A DNA stretch of 63,732 bases, filler included, from Choristocarpus tenellus KU-1152 (taxonomy: Eukaryota; Protista; Phaeophyceae), in NCBI GenBank assembly GCA_964200185.2. It is 7 parts of 7 records of this genome, joined end to end, with 100 filler letters (N's around TTAATTAATTAA, not from the genome) between each part and the next. Parts side by side here need not be neighbours in the genome. Positions count along the whole stretch, not along the records: positions 1 to 6,472 come from CAXNAD020008066.1; positions 6,573 to 15,019 come from CAXNAD020004699.1; 5 more parts are not named here. One strand, written 5' to 3'. This document shows positions 1 through 12,900 of this stretch, piece by piece. A program made the translations under genes and the position numbers. Under the pieces are notes generated by a model. It was not told where the DNA came from and made no database searches. It saw nothing but the letters and a program-made list of their open reading frames with translations. Position 1 is the first letter of the stretch. Each line of letters opens with the position of its first letter.

Positions 1-105
1 CCCAAACACTCCCCTTGCATTGGAAACCTTACCAGCCACCACCCCCCCCAACCCCAACCAACCCCGCCATCCCCCCCCCCCCCCACCATAACACAATATC
101 CTCAC

Positions 106-3100
106 CGTAGTATCCTCCACATGAGTAAAGCTTGTCTCGGAGCTCATTGCCCACATATCCATCATTACCTTCAAAAACAGTTAAACCAGAAAAACATACA
201 GTTAACAACACTAGTTACAAGGGACACGTCCTATCAACACAACACAACACAACACAACGCTGCAGCTTGAGTCACTATTGACCTACTTTGGACAAGATTT
301 GATACAGCACACTCTGATTAGTGCCTTCTATCAGATACTACTAGGACCACAACTGTGATTATCCCTGCCATCACTCAAAAGTCTAGGGTTAGGGTTAGGT
401 ACAGAAACACCTTGCTATTGGGAATCACCTACAAATCTAATCACACCAACCACACTCCACAATACACTTCATACAAATCTTATCAAAATTTGTTCAGAGA
501 ACTCAAAACACACACACACACACACAAAAAACATGACACACTCACAACATAACTGCTCTTCACTGAAAGGTAAACATGTCACAAAAATAGAAAGGTAATA
601 TAGACCAATCAATGTACAGAACAAAAACACACACTCTTCAACTATGTCGGGAAGCCTTACCTTACCTCACCTTACCTCACCAACAGCATTAAAAAGACTC
701 AGAATATCACCTGATAAGTCCACTCCGCAGATGGCCTTGAACTGATATACGGAAGGTCTCTAGCACGTCTCCCCGTCCTGTTACATGTTCAGGGATACAA
801 TTAGTTACAAACATATATTCATTGCACAACCTCTAATTTGCGCGCACACGTAACACACATAACACAACATACAACAAACACAACGTAACACACATAACAC
901 AACATACAACACACACACGTAACACACATAACACAACATACAACACACACACGTAACACACATAATGCAACATACAACACACACACACACACAAACCGCA
1001 CCAGCTCAAACCAAGTCTCATTTGATTTCACCTCTCTCACCTTTCTGCATCTTCCATGCTCAGAGCCTGGTCCAGGGCAGCTGCGGTCTTGGCAACATCA
1101 AAGGGATTGATTCTAACCGCGCCGTTGAGGAGACTGGAGCAAGCAGAGAACTCAGAGGCCAGGACCACCCCTGCCCTGTCTGGCTCATTGCGAGTGAAGA
1201 TGTACTCCAGCGGAATGAGGTTCAGACCCTTTGGCAGTTTCAACAGTTTCAATCGTGAAAAAAAGCAAACAAACAAACAAAAATTACACTTCTTTCTGTG
1301 TCCAAATACTTCACTTCAAGGGGGTTATCAATCAGTTATCAATCAGTGCACTGTGTAATGTACATGATAAACACTCTTACAACATCTTCTTGACATTCAC
1401 GTCCAAAAATTGAATTCAATTGTGTTCATTTGTATTTGCAAAAGGAGGTGTACATCAACTCAAGAAAGGCCTCTCGATGCTTCAACATCATAGATCATCA
1501 TCATAGATCAACATAGATCAACATTATAGATCATCCTCCCCCACCATAGATCCGTCCAACGATATTCAACAATGAACAACACTCCCCATGAGAAAAGCAA
1601 ATCCTCTGTTTGGACATTAATCCCTCTTCTTCTTTTTTCTTCTTTTTTTTACTTATTATTATTTTTTTCAAAAGATGCAGAACCCGCAGTCAAATCCGCC
1701 TCCTGTCCTCCAAACACGCCCACCCAAGTCAACAACACCCAAACACCCCTCCGTGCATTCCACTAAAACCATTCTGAGCGATACTGGCATCAAGGCCGCA
1801 GAAGAGGCGACAGGCAGAATGAACGCGTTCTATTGGGCGAACATCGAAAACAGCCCGTTCCATTGGTCGATTCGAGCAGACACAATCATCTCACCTCCCT
1901 GACTGCAGTCATTATCATCACCTCCGAAGCCTTGTACAAAGCTAGACGTTGACAAAGAGCCACAGTGGTAGCACCATAAAGCTCCTCGTAGTCGAGCACA
2001 CCCTCGCCATATGCCCTGCAAGAACATAAAAACGGAACGAACGTCAAATGACAGTTACACTTTACAGTTACACTTTACAGTTACATCAAATGTACTACCA
2101 CACACACAAATGATCGCACCAAGCTCCTCCACGAATTGTATCTCACTTGACAAAACAATGGGTTAGGGAAACCTGGTAAACAATGGGCAAGCAAAGCAGG
2201 GGTGCACTTTACAGTTACACTTTACAGATACATCAAATGTACTGCCACACACACAAATGATCGCATCAAGCTCCTCCACGAATTGTATCTCACTTGACAA
2301 AACAATGGGTTAGGGAAACCTGGTAAACAATGGGTTAGGAAACCTGGTAAACAATGGGCAAGCAATGCAGGGTGCAATTGACTACACTGAGTCAAAGCAT
2401 CTGAGAGGAGGTTGTCAGTGAGCATTAAGGGTCCACCTGACTGTCTTGAGGTAGACGGTACCGGAGCAGCACTAGTATCACAACTGCACAAAGCCTTTCC
2501 ACTCTTGTTCTGGTTACATTCAGTTTGAACAAAAACAATTGTCCTTATCGACACCCTCTACACACATCAACAAACATCAACAAACATCTTCCCTTTCCAT
2601 TATAAAAAACTTGAATTATTTTTTTAACTTGATAAAAAGGGAAGGAACACACATAACACAACACACACACACACACACACACACATCACAGTTACTCTTT
2701 ACTCAATACCAATCAAGTAGACCATGCAATCGCCGCAGCTGATCAAACACCAACACAACCCCATCCCATAAAACAGGCATGCAGAAAATAGTTGAGCATC
2801 GAAGGACATAGGAGCCCTGACACTAATTGACTGAACCCAAAAGGAAAAATAATAAAGGAGTAGTCACCTTCGGGAAACGCTGCAACTCTATACAAAACCT
2901 CTAGCAGACTACCTACACAGCCCTGAACAGCAGTGCAAGAGTGGACTTTAAAAAACATACCAACCCTAACCCTAAGCAACAAATACCGCTACTCGTCTGA
3001 TCACAACCCTAACCCTAACCCTAACCCTAACCCTAATCCTAATCCTCTCCCTGTCGAGCTTGATGCCGTTGTGCGCACTCTCTCACTAGGTACTCTCATC

Positions 3101-5804
3101 CTACAGACAGGCGTTACCAGTTTCAGTTTCAAACATATTCCCAATCTTGTCCAACACCCACCCGCACTGCTACACCGCACGCACACACTCATCATCGTAG
3201 TCAAAAAACAACGCCATCTCAATAAATACAAAACCTCTCAGCGTCGCCAAGGACTACTACCAGTGGTTAATTCAATAGAGCTCAAGCAAACCAAACCCCA
3301 AGGTCTCCAACCCCAACAATAAACCTTTCCAACAAAAACTCGAAATTACCCTAACCCTAACCTTAGACCACTGACATTCTACCAAGGAAGTAACTCACCC
3401 CTTGATTCGATTAATGACTTGAGCAATTTCACTTGATGTGTGCTGCTCATCATCCACTCTGCTTTTAGGCCTGAGACAGATCTGAACCATCACCACCTGA
3501 CGACAGCAGTATTTTCACGACATGTGCTTTCATGACATGTGCTTACATTTACTTATTTTACAATCATATTTGTTTACAATAATATTATATTTACAATAAT
3601 ATTTTACTTATTTTACAATCATATGTGTCACGAACTACACAACTGACGCTAATATACTTACCTTTCCATGCCTATCAGTCCACCAACAAACTAACAAAAA
3701 TGGGGGGGGGGCATCCAATACCAAGAATAGCCTGAAACCATAGAGAGTGTTCTCAGGGCTGAAGTTACAACACCTACGACATGCTCAAAGATACCTGGTG
3801 GAATACTGGAAACAACTACTGCCTTATCTCTTACCCCTTACCATCATTTTCATCCCATTCCAACACAGAAAAACTACCCTACCAATACATACCCTTCCAT
3901 ATGTAACTACTACTGCTATTAACATTACTTATCAAATATACAGTATGCACCACTCCAAACAAAGGCTTATTATACCTTAGTATACCTTACAATATAAATA
4001 TATGTATGTAATATGTACATACAGGTTTTACCAATAGTTTAATTCATCATTTTAATTGTATTTCATTGTTCCACTCCTTTGATTCTTCTTTTATGGTCCT
4101 CACTAATTTTTACTACTTTAAACAGTTTGTATTGCCTTCTTTGCCCCTCATACTTTTTCCACACTGAGTCTTGGACCCCTCAGACTAACGTGATAATGTT
4201 AATAATAATAATAAGATTTATAGTAACATATATGTCCTCTACCATCAAAACACAACCGTAAAAGGTGCAAAAGTGGTTTTACACCTTCAACAGGTTGGGC
4301 AGGCATTTCCCTCCTGTATCACACAGTATCTCTACAAACTCCAAATTTCCACTTTATTTTAAAAAAAGTCCAATCACACTGGGTCAACAGCTATTGCGCG
4401 CCTTAGAATAGGGTTAAGGTTATACCCATTCCTAACCACAATAAATTTCTACAAAAAACCCCTCCAAAATTCCCAATTTTTCCACTACCAAGGAGACATA
4501 AAAAGCAGGCCTTATTAAATATTAAAAACTATAACACATCCAGGAAAAGTGTACTGTATTCCTCAGGAACCACTACTTAAAAATAAATAAAATAAATAAA
4601 TAACAACCAAGCAAGAGACTCATCACAAAACCTTCCAGATAGATGTAGTCATTATCCATCATGAGCTTTGGGGTTATCTGCACCATCTACTTCTCACCTC
4701 GTCTCTCCAAGAGTCATACTCAGCAAGGAATCGTTCATACGCCAACAGCTTCAGGGTGACACCACTCAGCTTTTGGCACACATCAATGCCACACATGATC
4801 GTCCTGACGGAGCAGAGCCCGCAGGGTGAATAGGACAGTAAAAGGTCAAGGTTCAGCTCTTACCTTTTCTTACTTACTCAAAACCCTAACCCTAACCCTA
4901 ACTCTTACCTTTCTTACTCAAAACCCTAACCCTAACCCTAACTCTTACCTTTTCTTACTCAAAACCCTAACCCTAACCCTAACTCTTACCTTTTCTTACT
5001 TACTCAAAACCCTAACCCTAACCCTTAGTATCAATCAGCGGGGACCCACTCGCGGCAAAACAAAAGAAATACAATTAAGAACAATAACAAGAGTGATAAG
5101 AATAACAGTAATAATAAGAACAATAACAACAAAAATAATAGTAACATTATCAAAAGAAATAGGCAAAACTAAATAATAAAAATAATAATAAAAAAGTGTA
5201 ACATTTTATCACTTTTTAAAACTAATCTGTGCAAGTGTACAAAGAATCGTTAAAAAAAAATCAATCACTTTTCACTGCTTTTGAGTAACAATTCAAATGT
5301 GTCTCGTCTCTCCCTCACTTGTTCTTGTGCTTATCCTTGAGCTGCTTTGTAAGCCTCTGTACCTCATCCGTCTTGATGTGTTTCATAAGAACATCTGGCT
5401 CTGTCCCCACATGACTCATCACCACCATCACCTTGAGAGTATCACACACACCACAACATCACAAGGTAAGAGATGACACACAACACCATACCATGCGTTC
5501 ATAAATGAAATTGAAAAAAATATTCACATCAAGATCTATCAACCCCACAAGCCTAAGACATAGCCTGTACTCGTGGCATCACATCACATCACATCACATC
5601 ACATCACATCACATCACATCACATCATATCAGACTTTGCATCACTGATTCCAAAACCGTTGTACTTTGTGCCACTGATCCTAACCCTAACCCTAATATTT
5701 GTTATCTACTCACCGTCCTCTTGTCATACTCAACACCAATGAGGCCTCCCTTGATGCTCTGGTAGCTCAAACCTAAGAGACGCTTCCCTGCATTCAAGAA
5801 GTGC
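106..5804 (-). CDS. TPS: Trehalose-6-phosphate synthase/phosphatase (GT20, class II-like), internal part; 8 exons: 5714-5804, 5319-5431, 4698-4803, 3399-3496, 1895-2015, 1041-1228, 711-777, 106-168
   Basis: GT-AG exons join in phase to give HFLNAGKRLLGLSYQSIKGGLIGVEYDKRT-VMVVMSHVGTEP...-TIMCGIDVCQKLSGVTLKLLAYERFL...W-VVMVQI...-RLALYKASEVMIMTAVREGLNLIPLEY...VLASEFSACSSLLNGAVRINPFD...RRARDLPYISSRPSAEWTYQ, which are canonical GT20 motifs. Both ends lie outside the contig. Confidence 0.93.
845..993. repeat. CA-rich minisatellite (about 34-bp unit ACGTAACACACATAACACAACATACAACACACAC) in a TPS intron
   Basis: About four tandem degenerate units; they generate the spurious Cys/Val-rich ORFs at 805-1040. 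Confidence 0.85.
2050..2377. repeat. Tandem duplication of about 150 bp in a TPS intron
   Basis: TTACAG..ACATCAAATGTACT..ATGATCGCA..AAACAATGGGTTAGGGAAACCTGG occurs twice (about 2075-2207 and 2222-2377). Confidence 0.85.
3005..3043. repeat. Interstitial telomere-type array (CCCTAA)n
   Basis: About six units. Shorter arrays occur at 384-399 (opposite strand), 2962-2975, 3348-3362, 5678-5695 and 6414-6425. Confidence 0.9.
4861..5026. repeat. Minisatellite of four 40-45 bp units, each carrying about three CCCTAA repeats
   Basis: The unit TACCTTTTCTTAC(TTAC)TCAAAACCCTAACCCTAACCCTAACTCT is repeated four times. Confidence 0.9.
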
Positions 5805-6472
5805 CTGCCACAAACATTACACACGCACACACACAGCTTGAAACATACTACTACTAATAGTAATAATAAAACAGCATGTTTATTAATTGATCCACCAATT
5901 TAAAAACACATTTGTTATAATAAGAATAAAAGCATGTTTATTGTATGGATTCACCAATTAAAAAAAACATTTGTTACCCCCCTATACGGAGGATTAAGTT
6001 CCACTACTGACTCTAACACAAGACCCAACTCTAGCCCTACCCTAATCAAAAGGATAGTCAATACTAAATACAAAATAATCCATACAAAATAATAATAATA
6101 ATAAATACTAAACGATAAGGTGAAATAACGTTAAAAACACTGAACAAAATTTGAACAGTAACCTTAATGACCCCAGCAACTACCACAGTAAGTGTACTCT
6201 TTATATCTACATACATAACATACATAACATACATCTACTTCCGCGCATACACATCGACACATTTATGTAAATACACACACGCATACACACATATTTATGT
6301 ATATATAAACAATTATCTATTTAAACGTAGCTCCACATTGGGTACGGCAGATAATGGAAGGTACACACGAGGTGACCTAGACCACTGACTGCTATCTCCA
6401 ACATGGCTATGGAACCCTAACCCTAGTGTATCATATGCACCCCCAAAAACATCAAAAAGAGTTTGATCATCC

Positions 6473-6572
6473 NNNNNNNNNNNNNNNNNNNNNNNNNNNN
6501 NNNNNNNNNNNNNNNNTTAATTAATTAANNNNNNNNNNNNNNNNNNNNNNNNNNNNNNNNNNNNNNNNNNNN
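6473..6572. other. Artificial contig linker (N44-TTAATTAATTAA-N44); identical linkers at 15020-15119, 21643-21742, 27504-27603, 54448-54547 and 60620-60719
   Basis: Each is exactly 100 bp with a six-frame stop core, and genes (TPS, PSMA4, TLDc) are cut at the linkers. Confidence 0.97.
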
Positions 6573-6647
6573 ACATTGGATTTTGACCCCCAAATGGACG
6601 CGGCTCTACCCTCTAAGATACTTGTCCTATTGGACAGATGGGATGAA

Positions 6648-6910
6648 GAGTGAAAGTATCTTAGGGTTAGGGTACGAGTTTTTCCCTGTTTGTCCGTTTG
6701 AGACTTGGCTTCCCATGGGTTTTTGAATGACATTTTCCTACTCCAAAATGTTTTGGAGTAGGTAAAGTATATTCATTATGAAAAGGCATGTCCGGAACAT
6801 GGATATTGACACTTCCTAACAAACACGATAGCCAAAATTTCATCAAAATCGCAACATTGGATTTTGACCCCCAAATGGATGCGGCTCTACCCTCTAAGAT
6901 ACTTTGACTC
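6648..6910 (-). mobile_element. MITE subfamily A (about 260 bp; TIR GAGT[C/G]AAAGTATCTTAGAGGGTA), TSD TGAA
   Basis: TIRs at both ends and TGAA at 6644-6647 and 6911-6914. A partial copy lies at 6573-6623 at the contig edge. Confidence 0.9.
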
Positions 6911-6919
6911 TGAACTCAC

Positions 6920-9900
6920 CATGGAGGCAATGCGAGTAATGATGCAGACATCTTGCAAGCTAGATCTTAACACTATACCAGAAGAGACTAAGGTATTTTT
7001 CCCCACCAACGTTCAATAATCCTTCATGGAGGAAAGGTGAAACTGAAACAGCGAAAGAAACATATCCTCTCAACTCAATGGTAACAACTCTCAGTGGCTA
7101 TATCGTTTATGTTCTGACACACTGGAGGATATTTGCCCACACTTTGTTTTCATTGCAGTATGCTTCCAGTTTAGAGAAGTTTGGATTGGGTATTTTTCTT
7201 CCAAACTGGGGTATTAATTGTTCAATAGAGTCAAGTACTTCGCATTATAATCAGAAGCTGCAACTCTCACTCACTAAGTCCTTCAGGGTTAATTCTAGTC
7301 CTACATATGAATTCCAACAGTACAACTGTGTACCCAATGATATCTCGCACATGTCAGTGGGGGGACAGAAGCAGAGCATGGCTAATCTGTCCCATATGCC
7401 TTATTCTTCACAAGAGCATGCATACATCAAGTTGACAGAAATAAAGTTGGATGTGAGAAACAAATTGATACTGATGTTTATGCGACGTCTGTTACACACA
7501 TCACTCATCATGGTACATCTACAGGTGACCCAAAGCATTTAAGAGGGTAGGGTCGCATCCATTCAGGGTTATAAATCCAAGGTTGCGGTTTTGGTGTAAT
7601 TTTGGCTATCGTGTTTGTTAGCAAGTGTCAATATCCTTGCTACGGACACACCTTTCGTAGTCATATACATTTTAGAGTTAGGATTAGCATTCAAACAGAA
7701 AACTGAAAAGGAGCATGAAAAACCCGTAGGAAGCCAAGCCCCAAACGGACTAACAGGGAAAAACTCCTACCCTCGTAAATACTTCGGGTCGGTGTGATAT
7801 CCTACTGGTCACAGAACTGACACCACATAGGATATCTTTCCAGGTATGAAAGCAGAATAGAATTGCCTTCTGAAGGGGAGGCAGCATCCAGGTAGGGGAA
7901 ATTGAAGAGATTTTTCCTCCTTATACTTCCCCCCACTCCCTCTCCACTTGCGCCGTCCACCTTTGTACACTCCATTCCCTACCTCTAGGAACTCCAAGAG
8001 TTCTTCGTTCATCCGCTGCATCCCGAAGTTCTGGGCCAAAAGAAGCATGATCTGTGGATATGGAGTTTGCACACACGAATTGTGGAGTGTAGACCAAAGA
8101 TTGCTCAGTTGAGAATTCCTTAAATTACGGTTAAGATTAATGGAGAGAAGGGGTAGTTTGCCTCTTGCTTGGTGTTGTTATTGTTCCAGAGCCACTTCAA
8201 ACTTCTTGATATGAACCTCATGTAGCTTGAAGATATGTGTCGTCTAATGTAGGAGTAGGTAGGTCGCCCCCCAGGTTTAATGGTAAAAATGTGGCATGAT
8301 GCTATCACCTCAGAACTAAACCTACAACTACGCCTACAACAATACCAACTGTAGATGGGTGCAGGTGTAAAGTGTGGTATGGGCAATGGTACTGCTCCTT
8401 CGTGGTGACTCGTGGGGATTGGCATTATTGGAACGTTCATACATCTGAAGTGACTATGAGTGATTGTTTTTTCAGGTGTGAGGGGAGGTACAGGTCAATG
8501 GCTTCAATAGGTCCCAACCACTGCTACGAACCTGCGTAGATGTCAGTCGGCCCATGTTGATCTTGACACTACCCGGCACTGTCTTGAGCGGAATGTTTCT
8601 GGGAATATGTATCTCCATGAAGGGACGGTATGCAGCAATAGCAATGAGGCCAGGCAGAGCATGCCGTAAGTGGAGTATCAACTCCCAGCTTGTAAAGGGC
8701 AGAATCGCATTATCATCACATGGGGAGACAGTCCAGGAGAGAGTCATGACTTGCCGGCATTGCTGAAACGCACAATTTCAACCTAGCATTGTGTGTGGTC
8801 CATTCTTGACAATGAAGTGCAGGGTGATATAGCATGACAGTTCCACGCTGATGGGTGCAGAGCTGTCTTGACGGTGTTGTCAACAGCACCTAGACATAGC
8901 TCTACTGTCCAATGATAACTTAAATGTTCACACCTCACTTGGATCATTCCATAAATTAGATCATATTTGTAGTAGTACTGATTATTTCTTGGGTCTCTAG
9001 TCCAGGTGTTTTCGATGCAATACTGAGGCGTTATGTACAGTACAAGCAACTCCATCCACATGACACTACACATAGATGTAGCTCTTCTTCACCTGCTGTG
9101 GTCAAGCCACTGAGCATTGTCAAAAACGACAGCTATACAACATCCCTTCAACTGTGGTGTATCTTGCTGACCAAGGAATGCACGGAGGTCTCCCATACTG
9201 CTCTTGCGCTTCTGCCGGCCAAGCGACTTTATGGAAGTGTCAGGTACCATCAGTGAGGGTTGGATAAAATTGGGTAGGACAATGATGTGGCATAATAATT
9301 AGGACTGGTATAGAGTAGGATGAGAGTGAAATGAGTCCTTGGGACTTGGGTGGTGGAAGTGAAAGGAATGGGGACCTTGTTGTATTCGTGCTTTTGGGAA
9401 AAGGGGGTAGATCAAGATATAGGACTACTGTGCGATTAAGCAAGATTGGGGGTAGGTCAATATCATGTATTGGCTTTCAAGCAAGATAGAGTATCGTCGT
9501 AGGATCAATATATTGACTTGGCAAGAGGTGATGTGCGTTTATCTACATACTGCAGAGTACATGTGAAATGTACGTGGAAAATCAAGATGTCCAATTCCCT
9601 ACTGCACAACTGATCACAGGTGATGTACATACCTTCACGAATGATCCTCGCCGTGGCTTGGGTTCTTCCCCACCCCTGACTCCAACCGATGCTGTTCCCC
9701 CTTGCTCCACCGTAGCCTCGACTTTCTCTTTTCCTCCAGAATCCAATTGAAGGTGACCCACAAGAAGAGCAGCAAGCACATCGCCAAGGTGGTGTATTTT
9801 GTCATGGAGATCTAATGGCTGCTTCCTCATACATGCAGTATCCCCGTTGAAGATTAAAACATTCCAACAGAGCAAGTAAAGGTGGAGGTAAGATAGTAAC

Positions 9901-12900
9901 ATTAACTTTTGCAATGACAGAAATATGCAGACATGTGACAGCCATGGTATGGAGAGTGGGACGAGAACAGGAGTCACCTAGAATATCAAATTGGTGGGAT
10001 GGACGGACTTGCCTGCCATCAAATTGTTTTGAGCTTGAAGGTAGAAGAGGATGGGAAATTGGGAGTTGGAAATTGGGTGCTGTAGGTGCTCTGTTCGTTG
10101 AAAGGGTGTCTATTAAATAGGGCATACTCTTGCCTTGCAGATTCAATGGTGCAAAGGTTACGGGAGCTGGAGTATAAGGGGGGAAAATGATCTTATTGGT
10201 TTAATTTTTCATCTAGACCGTTCCATTTTTGTCCACACATTGGTGCTTGCACCATGTTCCCACTTCTCAATCTTGCTAGGCGAGAATGAACTGCCTTGAT
10301 TTAGTGTCCCTGTTGCTATTATCATACACATTAAGGCACACTTAACACAATCACTGAACTGGCCAGTTCATATTCAAGTATCCAGGTAATTTGTGTCCTA
10401 GAGGGGGGGCAGGTGTACATTTGGGTCTTTGTGACCCTATAGTGATTTTCTTGTCATTTCACTGAACATCTCAGATCTAAGGGCAATTTCCATAATCAGG
10501 ACGCACCTTCATTTTCCATTCCCCTGCCTGGACCAAATTCGAACGAAAACTACCTGCAAAACGTGCATCAAACAGAGCTGTTATACAACACAATACCCCA
10601 TCAAGCCTCGAATGGACAACCCACTCTAAACAACCCCCCCTCTAAGATACTATTGGCTGCAACTCAAACCGAAAGTACTTCTACCCCAGTTTCTGCGCAT
10701 AAGTGATCCAGATATCCATTCAAACATCTACGTATGTGCAATAATCACACACAAAGGCACGTTTGAGCACCGCCCACCCACCTGTGAACCTCCCCAAGTT
10801 CCTGCAACAACCTGATCACTGAAAATTGGAAGTATCATGTTCAGTAGGTGCAGGTACTTGCTATGCTGTGAGTCATTCATGAGACTCATAAACATGGGAT
10901 TCTTAGTATAGCTAGTTGCATCTGGCCTGGAATCGTGTGGCTGTGAACCCTTAAGCATGTGTGGCATCAGAGCAGGAAATGAAATGACAGGGAGAGGGGG
11001 AGAGAGAGAGAGGGACGGTAAACAGTGGCAAGAATGTTGACGCAATTCATTAAGGCATGAAAGTCGTTCAGGTATTGTGATGGGACAATATATCTTACAG
11101 GAAGTGGTGGACGGTACCCTGAGATTTTTTCCTGTGTGTGTGTGTGCGCGCGCGCGCTTCCATGATGACAATGCAATCTACTTCGAACTGTAGAAGGAAA
11201 CACTTCGGGTGTGCTGCAAATTCTACTGCGAGATGGACCTGATGGCAGTTGGTTGCTCACACATAACCCATCTACATACAAATCAAACTCTGCCCTCCAC
11301 TTGTCATCCCTAATCCCCCCCTGTCCGGTTGGTTGCTCACACATAAAGTCATCTACATCCAAATCAAATTCTGCCTTCCAGATGCCATCCCTACTCCCCT
11401 CCTGTCCAAAGCTGGTTGCCGTTAGACTTCAAACTAACGCACAATCTCATTGTTCCGTATTCGTTTGCCCAGTTTCCGTGGCTGGGCCTCTGCTGAATCA
11501 GCTCGCCCATTACCCTCCTCACCCTCGCCCGAAAGGCCAGATTGGGTGTGAGAACCACCAAGGGAATTGAAAAACGCATGGTCAATGCCCAGGACTCGGT
11601 ACAAGATCTGTAAGTGGATTAGGTGATGAATTGTGGGGAAGAAAGCAGATGAAGAGATGGGATGGGAGAAAGTTGACTTGGGGAGGATGTGTGGAATGTG
11701 CTTATGGAAAAATGACTCGATCAGTAGATTACCCTCTGGGTTAAAGGCACTTCAATATCAACTAGCGGGATTTAGAAGTGCAGGGTCTGCCACTCAGAGG
11801 GAGGAGGTGACATCTGATGCTCCCTTCCATGTCCAACTTACCACACACCCACAGTCCAAGACACACCCACCCCTGATCGTTATGCACCTACCAATCTGGG
11901 TTTTACAATACAAATTCTGAATCATGCTAAGTTTTTTCCATTCTGTGAGAGCAAACTCGTTGTCAGAAACAGATCGTTCGTTAGTGCACCTGCATAAATC
12001 GAATACAATCTTACACAAATTGTTTATAAAATGTGGTCTCATATGCCCCTACTGGTTACAAGTTACTCCGTATTAGCCAAGTGCCGAATTGATTGTGCTT
12101 ACACAACAGAAGTACCCACCCCCCTCCCTCCCCTTGGCTTCTCCTGAACGAAGTATTCCTCTAAAATGTTCTGAATCAATAGCCTTCTTCCTCAACAATG
12201 GCGGTGCTAGTCTATGCCTTGGTGTGTGTTCACCGTCACCTGGGGCATGTGTCAAAGTACACCATTATGTGTATTGATTACCTCCCCTGCAACCAGCAGT
12301 TTGGGTTGACAACACCCCCGATCACTTGACCTGGGCAAAGGCCGCACAAGACCTTTGCGCTTGTACAGCGCTGTTGCACTCTAAGCACTTGTCCACATGC
12401 AGCAAGAGTTTAAGCTACACCCCAAGGATTGCTTGTGAAGAGAGAATCCTCTCCCCCTCCTCGAAGCTTTTGCTAGTTCGTGGGGCTCTTTGGAGTAACG
12501 TTTATGTACCTACACATCCCTACTGGTTATGTGGTGGATACCAAAACAATGAGTGTATGCTCTCTTGCCATTGCATAACCAAATCCGTAGTCTTGAGTCC
12601 AGCAGCAGCAGCAGCAGCAAGTTCTGATCTACATGCATTTGGTACACCCGTTCAATTATGTGGCACACCTGGCGGAAGGGGTAGAGACTTGTTTTTCTCT
12701 CTTGCATGTTCCCAGCCGAGCAGAAGGTGTGAAGGCCCATCTTGTCCATCATATCCACTGCCTGGAGTAAGGAGTGGGAGTATAAGAAGGGTAAGGCGGG
12801 AAAATAATATCAGCACCTTTATTGAAAGTTGATGTGGAGAGGGTGGTACTATGACAGGAGAGATGATAAGCCAATTCAGGAAAAGGGAAGGAGGGTTACG

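Noticed and set aside
805-1040. Cys/Val-rich ORFs resembling metallothionein
   Set aside because: They are translations of a CA-rich minisatellite.
4861-5026. CRISPR-like repeat-spacer array
   Set aside because: There are no unique spacers or cas genes; it is an intronic minisatellite in a eukaryote.
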